Positions 56,358 through 64,000 of a DNA stretch of 64,000 nt are shown here, piece after piece; the stretch's first letter is position 1; each line of letters begins with the position of its first letter. The notes under the pieces are model-generated. The model saw only the letters and a list, made by a program, of their open reading frames with translations, made no database searches and was not told the DNA's origin. The position numbers and the translations under genes are program-made. This stretch comes from Eledone cirrhosa (Eukaryota): positions 220,596,001-220,660,000 of the forward strand of contig OZ024741.1 of assembly GCA_964016885.1 (NCBI GenBank), in the 5' to 3' direction.

Positions 56358-56432
<75 letters not shown>

Positions 56433-56459
56433 TAGTAACACAACAGATAGTTCACCATA

Positions 56460-56499
56460 CCGAGAACAATTGTTTCACCTTTGCGGATCTTCAGCTCGG
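56460..56499 (-). ncRNA. Compact hammerhead isolated between TA tracts
   Basis: ccgag-CTGAAGA-tCCgcaaaGGt-GAAA-CAATTG-TT-ctcgg. Confidence 0.75.
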
Positions 56500-56516
56500 A
56501 TATATATATATATATG

Positions 56517-56567
<51 letters not shown>

Positions 56568-56577
56568 GTGTGTGTGC

Positions 56578-56619
<42 letters not shown>

Positions 56620-57328
56620 TAACAACTAATTATCGCTCTACGTGGCTGAATACAATAAATGTAATCTGTGAATATTAATAATAGTAATATTCGATTCGTT
56701 GCAATTATGCAAATAGCCTCTTTTATAAGCCATGTCAGTAGAATGAACCCCTCATTCTTGCTCTTGTGTTGCCATGTAAACAGGACTGCAGACACTAATG
56801 GTTCTGCGAGATAACCCTTCATCAGTGCAGTTTACTGATATTTTCTGAAATATACACTGACTGATCGGCCTCATTTACATATTCGCTATGAGCTCAGTAA
56901 CTTTGTCTCTAATAGATAGATAAGATTATTTTTTTTATTTTTATAGACCAGTGTCCTAGCCAAGAGAATGTTAACTCTCATCTGCTCGTTGTCACGAAAT
57001 CAACGTCAAAAGACGTTTCTTAAAAGGACTCTCCATACTTAGACTTTTTATTTACAAACAACGACGGCGTTGTTCTTTCTTTTTAATAAACACCAGATCA
57101 ACTCACCCAATCATCTTGCATCAAATTCATATCAAATGGCCAACAGATTTTAAAAGCTCTCGCACACTACATGTGTGTATTTTGATATATATATAATATA
57201 TATATATATATTCTAATTTTTAATTTCTGCTTGACCGGCAACCGCTCTGTATAATCAGTTCCTGATTATTTACTAGAATTCTATAAGAACCAAAACATCC
57301 AGGTTTTCAGCAAACGGGATGAGTAGTT

Positions 57329-57374
57329 GGCTTTGATAAGCATCAATAAATGCAGAAACAAGGCCTTGTCAGCT
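57329..57374 (+). ncRNA. U3-A8 variant hammerhead in unit 57211-57542
   Basis: ggct-TTGATAA-GCATcaataaATGCa-GAAA-CAAGGCCTTG-TC-agct. Confidence 0.65.
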
Positions 57375-57564
57375 TTATCTCCCCCTGTTTGCTGAAAAAT
57401 TAAAGTAAGTGAGTCTGTCACTACTCTAAAACAATAGCATAAGGTCTTCAAAATGCCTTTTATTAAGCATACAGTGTATTGCAAAATACACTATATATAC
57501 ATTCATATATATATAGCTATTTCAGAGCAACAATTCTAATTTATATATATATATATATATATAT

Positions 57565-57992
57565 ATTGGTAAACGGAATAGAAAATGCTGACAAATTGTT
57601 CACAGTTGAAAAATGGTTTAATTAGGAATAAAAGAGTATTAGTGATTGTATGGGTTAGTATTCAGTTGTGGTTTTAAGTTTTTAAGATTTTACCGGTTGC
57701 GCATTTCTAAATGCTTTTCAAAAATAATTTTGAGATAGAGTGTCCGTGCTGTTTGCTCTGATCTGAGCAAACAGCACGGACACTCTATCTCAAAATTATT
57801 TTTGAAAAGCATTTAGAAATGCGCAACCGGTAAAATCTTAAAAACTTAAAACCACAACTGAATACTAACCCATACAATCACTAATACTCTTTTATTCCTA
57901 ATTAAACCATTTTTCAACTGTGAACAATTTGTCAGCATTTTCTATTCCGTTTACCAATATATAATAACTTGTGTGTTACACCTCTATTCTTT

Positions 57993-57996
<4 letters not shown>
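57565..57996. mobile_element. Near-perfect fold-back (~195-bp arms) between TA tracts
   Basis: Centre at about 57761 (ttgctctgatctgagcaa); the right arm extends about 35 bp further. Confidence 0.7.
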
Positions 57997-58028
<32 letters not shown>

Positions 58029-58031
<3 letters not shown>

Positions 58032-58789
58032 GTATATATATAAAAACGAAGTTTTCTGTATGTGTGTGTATGTGTGTGTGGACAATTTTTAATGAGGGCT
58101 CAAATACTCTAAGCCATTCATGCGATTTCTTTTAAATTTTTTACAGAGCTTCTCCTTGCACAAAACCTGTATATGATCTACAAAGGCTTTCAAAAATCGA
58201 TATTGGGGCCCTTGTAGACATTAAAAAATGTCGGTTATTTGTGTCAATTTTCGTGATTAAGTAAGACAAGAGTTATCTTTAAGTACTACAAGAGTTATCT
58301 TTCGTAATTCGGCTCATTCGGATTTTAATTTACTCTTTATACTTGAAACAAAAGGTACGCTCCCTTGAGACTAACAATATCATTTTGTATATTTCACAAC
58401 CAACAATTTCTAACAGATAAGTTAAGTTATAGATTTGACATTGTATAATTTATCGTTTCAAGCTTGATGTTCATACATTAAGTGATCTCATAACTTTTAC
58501 AATATTATGCTTTGTACATAATAGTGTCTATTATTCACTTCACTTCTCTATTTCATGATGCGCTTTTACTGTTCTCAAAAAATGTATACCTAGACTGGAT
58601 TTCTGTGGTTACATGGTATAACGGATGACACCGAGTTCACATATTAATTATTTCGCTGGAATAGTGCCTAAGGTTTTCATGTTTACATAAAGTAAGTTTT
58701 TCTTCTATGTATTCAAATTTACTTTGTTTAGTTTAATGAGGTACATCGAAAGCTACTTGAACCCCCCAAAGGACGGGTAGTTTAGCTAG
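58029..58789 (+). mobile_element. Non-autonomous Helitron
   Basis: A|TCTGTATATATATAAAA start; degenerate hairpin accccccaaaggacgggt followed by CTAG|T. Confidence 0.7.
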
Positions 58790-59001
58790 TATATATATAT
58801 ATAAATATATATAACAAAGGAGTTCTGGTAAGGAACCAGATGGATCATAACGCACCAGAGTACTCAATACTTAGGGTAGTAGAGTGGGTAATAGGAAAAT
58901 GTATGACCCCGACAGCAGAGCTCAACCCGTTTCGACGGCTATTTCTGGACTCAAATAGCCATCGAAACGGCTCCAGCTCTGCCGTCGGGGTCATACATTT
59001 T

Positions 59002-59062
<61 letters not shown>

Positions 59063-59065
<3 letters not shown>

Positions 59066-59210
59066 GGTTTCTTATATAGGCACAAGGCCAGCAATTTTGG
59101 AGGAGGGAAAAGTCTTTTTAATCGACCCCAGTGCGTGACTAGTACTTTATTTTATCGGCCTCGTAAGGATGAAAGACAAAGTTAACATCGGTGGGACTTT
59201 AAAGGGCCGT
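59063..59210 (-). mobile_element. Meta-like SINE, partial
   Basis: Matches the 25321 subfamily. Confidence 0.75.
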
Positions 59211-59626
59211 CGAGATATCTATCTCTTAATTTATCTATGGATAGTCATTGGTATTCATGCATAATTTGTATTGTTGTTCTTGTCCGAAGGTAGATACATT
59301 TGTAAATATACATAAATTGATAGATAGATGGATAGGTAGATAGATAGGTTAGTAGATTGTCAGATGAAAATATATTTAGACAGACGGATAGATATAGAGA
59401 TGATCAGGTAGATTAACAGATAGATAAATTAGAAAACTGAAAGCAAGTTGTAAATAACTATAGATAGTTGTTGATAAACTACTAACGAACTAGATCGTTA
59501 TGTCTCGTCAACAGTGTGTGTGAAAGAGAGTGGTGGGGAGGAAGATATCAAACCATATAAATGCTCAATTATTACATCTCAAACAAATTTATCACAAAGT
59601 GTTTATCACTTGATCTTCGGTTTGAT

Positions 59627-59678
<52 letters not shown>

Positions 59679-59728
59679 CAAACCAAAGATTAAGTGATAA
59701 ACACTTTGTGATAAATTTGTTATATATC

Positions 59729-59780
<52 letters not shown>

Positions 59781-60271
59781 CACTTTTTACCATAGTATAA
59801 TTAAAAAGTATATCTATATATATATATATATATATATATAACGAAGGAAATGTGGTAAGGAACCAGATGGACCATAACGCACCAAAGTACTCAATACTTA
59901 GGGTAGTAGTGTGGGTAATAGGATAAGAGTCAGGACCCCGACGGGTGAGCTCCGGCCGTTTCGACAGGTTGATTCGTCGGGGTCCTGACACTTTTCCCTA
60001 TTACCCACGCTACTACCCTAAGTATCGAGTACTCTGGTCCACCTGGTATCTTACCACAACTTCTTTGTTATTATATGTATATATATATAATCCTTATCAG
60101 GCCCTCTTCGGATTTTAGTTTGTTACTAGCAGAATGGCCCGACGTTGCTCGGGATTTGCTCTACGGTTCTTATATAGTCGATATATATTTATCCTTATCG
60201 AGCCTCGTGAAATAAATACGTTTGTTTATATTTTGTTATTGTGTATGCAAAAATATCTGTACACGAATATA

Positions 60272-60364
<93 letters not shown>

Positions 60365-60837
60365 ATAAACGTGCTGCGTGGTTGCAGAGTGGTCCTTCGT
60401 CAGTGATCTTGCAACCATCACAGGTATTTCTTCGCTTTAAAGACCATATACCTCCGGTTGGTGCGAGCAACGGCTAAAAAAAGTCGTTGGGACACTTAAA
60501 TAAAGGGGACAGCGAGAGTGTAAACAAACAAAGATGGTGAAGCAACGAAAAGGGAGGAAGAACGAGTCAAGTCCCAAATTTCCATGAATATAAGTTCGGT
60601 GAATTCGTGAACGAGAGAGAATAAAGACCATCAAACCTGGTTGGAATGTGAGCAAGGAAGGAATTCCGTACAGGTCTAACGGGAGGAAGAAGGGATCTAG
60701 TCTGTGAATTCGGTGAACATAAGTTCTGTGAAATCGTAGACGAGAGAGAGAAAAAAGGCGAACCAGCCTGACCAAGCGGGCGAAAGAAAAGAATTACGCA
60801 CAGGTCAAACGGGAAGGAGGAGGAGGAGAGGTTGATG

Positions 60838-60977
60838 ACTGGTACTTTATTTTATTGAACCCGTAAGGTTGAAAGGCAAAGTTAACGTCGGTGGGATTTG
60901 GACTCACATCGTAAAGGGAGGTAACTCTATGCTTCAAAGCATGGCGTCCGACCCTCTACCGATATTGCCAATCTACC
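60838..60977 (-). mobile_element. Meta-like SINE, 3'-truncated
   Basis: Consensus match. Confidence 0.75.
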
Positions 60978-61195
60978 TCATTTATATGTATTAATAATGT
61001 ACACACACATCTATATATGTATAAATAATGTATACACACACACACACACATATAGATAGATATATATATGTGTATAAATAAAGCGCACACACACACAGAT
61101 ATTAATAGGAACGATCGACTTTCATCAAATCGGACCGAGGAAACAATGTTTCCATTGCTCTTTCCAATTGCTAATACTATCTATCGGTCGCAACT

Positions 61196-61257
<62 letters not shown>

Positions 61258-61258
61258 A

Positions 61259-61324
<66 letters not shown>

Positions 61325-61628
61325 CACTGACATGTCTGTTAAAAAGATGTTCTATAAAGCGAACTAATGTGACATACCTCACAGTTTATACCACCACAGA
61401 TCTCTACACTAAATCTTCTAAATTCCCCACTCTACAAAATCTACCATTTATATAATTCCCTCCCTTTATTCTATCTCTTTATTCTATATTTTACGCCACA
61501 GATCCACCGCTAGTTTCTCTTTCTCGAAACTCCATCTAATATCATTATTTATTCATTTAGTTATGTATTCATTATTGATCTGTATTTAGTCTAGTTTTAC
61601 TTTCTAAACGTTGTGGCGGGAAGGGGGC

Positions 61629-61694
<66 letters not shown>

Positions 61695-62066
61695 TCTATA
61701 GATTTGCCTTGTTAATTGTTTTTGTTGTGTATTTTTACTAGATTCTATCGTACCCCTCTCCACTGTCCCTGTCTTCGTATTGTCCCCTCTATGTCGGTCC
61801 TTGTGGCCAATAAATGTAACCATTATTATTATGTGTTTTGTAATATTTTTATATATTATTTTGTTTATTTGTCCAACAGAATGTAATTGTTCTATGCTCT
61901 TTGGCTGCTTACATATTGGTATTCCCAAAATACCATTTTTATCATTCTTCTTCTTCTTATTTTTTTTCTCAGTCTCGCTCTCTCTATCTCGCTCTCTCTT
62001 TCTCTCTCTCTCTCTTACTCACTTATGCTCTCTCTCACCCTCGGTCTCTATCACTCTCACACCCTC

Positions 62067-62108
<42 letters not shown>

Positions 62109-62109
62109 A

Positions 62110-62181
<72 letters not shown>

Positions 62182-62195
62182 CTCTCTCTCTCTCT

Positions 62196-62242
<47 letters not shown>

Positions 62243-62659
62243 GTGTCTATCTGAAGAGTTTCACGAAATATTCTTATATAAAGAGAGGTTGGTTGAAGAC
62301 TATATATTTTCCACTAGTTATCATGTGGCTGATAAAACCTGTTATAGTTGAAATCGAGATACGCCACCACGGCCACCATTACTAATGGTTTTGTTCAACT
62401 CCAAAATCATTTTGCACCTAGAATCAATATACATTGTTGTTTAACAAAAAGTTAATCCTGAATAAATAGCCATGAAATCAGACATTGGAGACTTACCTCT
62501 CTTTTGTATATATAGGACTACATTATCTAATCTGCATATTTGAAGCTAGAGAGCTACTAAGGAGGATTTGGCTGTTATATCTAGCATATCATATCATCGC
62601 ATAGGTGATTCTTTTGCTTTTGAAGGAATTTTATGTAATATTGATAACAGTCTGTCATA

Positions 62660-62921
62660 AGCCAGATGGCGCTTTTGGCCAGTGCTTATCCCGGTTTCAT
62701 GGCGTGAAGCAACTGAGAGTACAAGACTCCCCCGGGACAGGATGCCAGTCTATCGCATGGTTAAACCTCCAGCTGGTATTCATTTTCAGCTGAGTATATT
62801 GGAGCAACGAGAGATAGCGTATTTTGCTCAAGAACACAACACGCAACCCAGACAAGGAATCGAACCCACGACATTATGATCCTGAGTCCAACACCCTTAC
62901 CACTAGACCACGTGCATCCAC
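62660..62921 (-). mobile_element. CORE-type tRNA-derived SINE, second subfamily
   Basis: Minus strand gtggtctagtggtaaggg...gggttcgattcc...ttcttgagcaa...cgttgctcc. Confidence 0.7.
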
Positions 62922-62923
62922 TA

Positions 62924-63109
62924 TAATTGTTTCTAATTTTGGCCCAAGGCCAGCAATTATTCCAGTGTATTACTGGTACTTTATTTTATCGACCCCGTAA
63001 GGATGAAAGGCAAAGTTAATCTCGGCAGTTAACTCAGACCACAAAGGGCCGTAACTCTTTGTTGCAAGGCATGGCGTCCGACCTTCTACCAATACTGCCA
63101 ATCCACCCT
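62924..63109 (-). mobile_element. Meta-like SINE
   Basis: Consensus match; ccactataat flanks both sides. Confidence 0.8.
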
Positions 63110-63385
63110 CCACTATAATATTGATATACTATCCATTAATACTTTCCTAAGTTACATTAGCCATACAAATACAAGACATTCTCGTAGACTTACCGTTTAT
63201 TGATACAAGGAAAAATTGCAACAATACTCCAGACATCATGACACAGCAGTCAAACGATTGGTTAAGGAAGTTGTACTCATATCACTATACAATGTTAAGA
63301 TAAACACACAAACAACATAAATAAAATAAACATGTATAGAATGACGTATAAAGCTAAAGATATATCATTTAATTTCATATTCTTG

Positions 63386-63678
63386 CGATAAAATCAACAC
63401 ATATTTAGGCGATAAAATCAACACATATTTAGGCGATAAAATCAACACATACTTTGGCGATAAAATCAACACATATTTTGGCGATAAAATCAACACTTAT
63501 TTTGGCGATAAAATCAACACATATTTTGGCGATAAAATCAACACATATTTTGGCGATAAAAGCAACACATATTTTGGCGATAAAATCAACACATATTTTG
63601 GCGATAAAATCAACACATATTTTGGCGATAAAATCAACACATATTTTGGCGATAAAATCAATACATATTTTGGCGATG
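63386..63678 (+). repeat. 24-bp tandem repeat GCGATAAAATCAACACATATTTTG, about 12 units
   Basis: Direct reading; no spacers. Confidence 0.92.
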
Positions 63679-64000
63679 AAGATTTAATAAATTGAATTCA
63701 CCTGCAAAAGAAGCTAAACACAACTCCACGTGCTGAGGATGATATTGTGAATGTCTAGAAACGTTTATTATGGATTTATAAATATTCTCGGACTGGGTGA
63801 TGCCTTGTATCTTTGAGCAAGACATATTTCATATTGCTCCAGTTTACTCAGCTGTAGAAATTAGTTGGGGCATCACTAGTGCAAGCTGGGTAATATCTGT
63901 GGTTAGGAGGGGGGAGACTGGTATGTATGGGAAACTGCTGGTCTTCCGGAAACTACCTTGCTCAGGCTTGTCATTGAAATATGTATAATACAATAAAGCA

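Noticed and set aside
63386-63678. 24-bp array as CRISPR, iteron or repeat protein (AIKSTHIL)n
   Set aside because: Simple tandem minisatellite with no spacers and no evidence of coding.

Overview
This is eukaryotic, AT-rich, microsatellite-dense DNA. The SINE repertoire points to a cephalopod, most likely Octopus (inference). I recognise no host protein-coding gene; most listed ORFs are translations of (TA)n/(CA)n/(GA)n/(GTG)n repeats. The real coding remnants all come from transposons: two 5'-truncated Penelope-like elements (PLEs; RT+GIY-YIG at 54.5-56.4 kb, GIY-YIG at 11.0-13.1 kb), a Tx1/L1-type LINE, R4/Dong-, CRE- and RTE-type LINE relics, and a Tc1 derivative. There are also two non-autonomous Helitrons, a TTAA-flanked MITE and many tRNA-derived SINEs. 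The main unannotated signal is a dense population of about two dozen hammerhead-ribozyme (HHR) motifs, counted by eye. They sit in short, mostly non-coding units inserted between (TA)n tracts, often as fold-back palindromes or with terminal direct repeats (PLE pLTR/retrozyme-like). They include a compensatory U3-A8 core variant in two unrelated families, versions with greatly enlarged stem II, and a family with a permuted (type II-like) motif order. All structures were folded by eye and boundaries are approximate.
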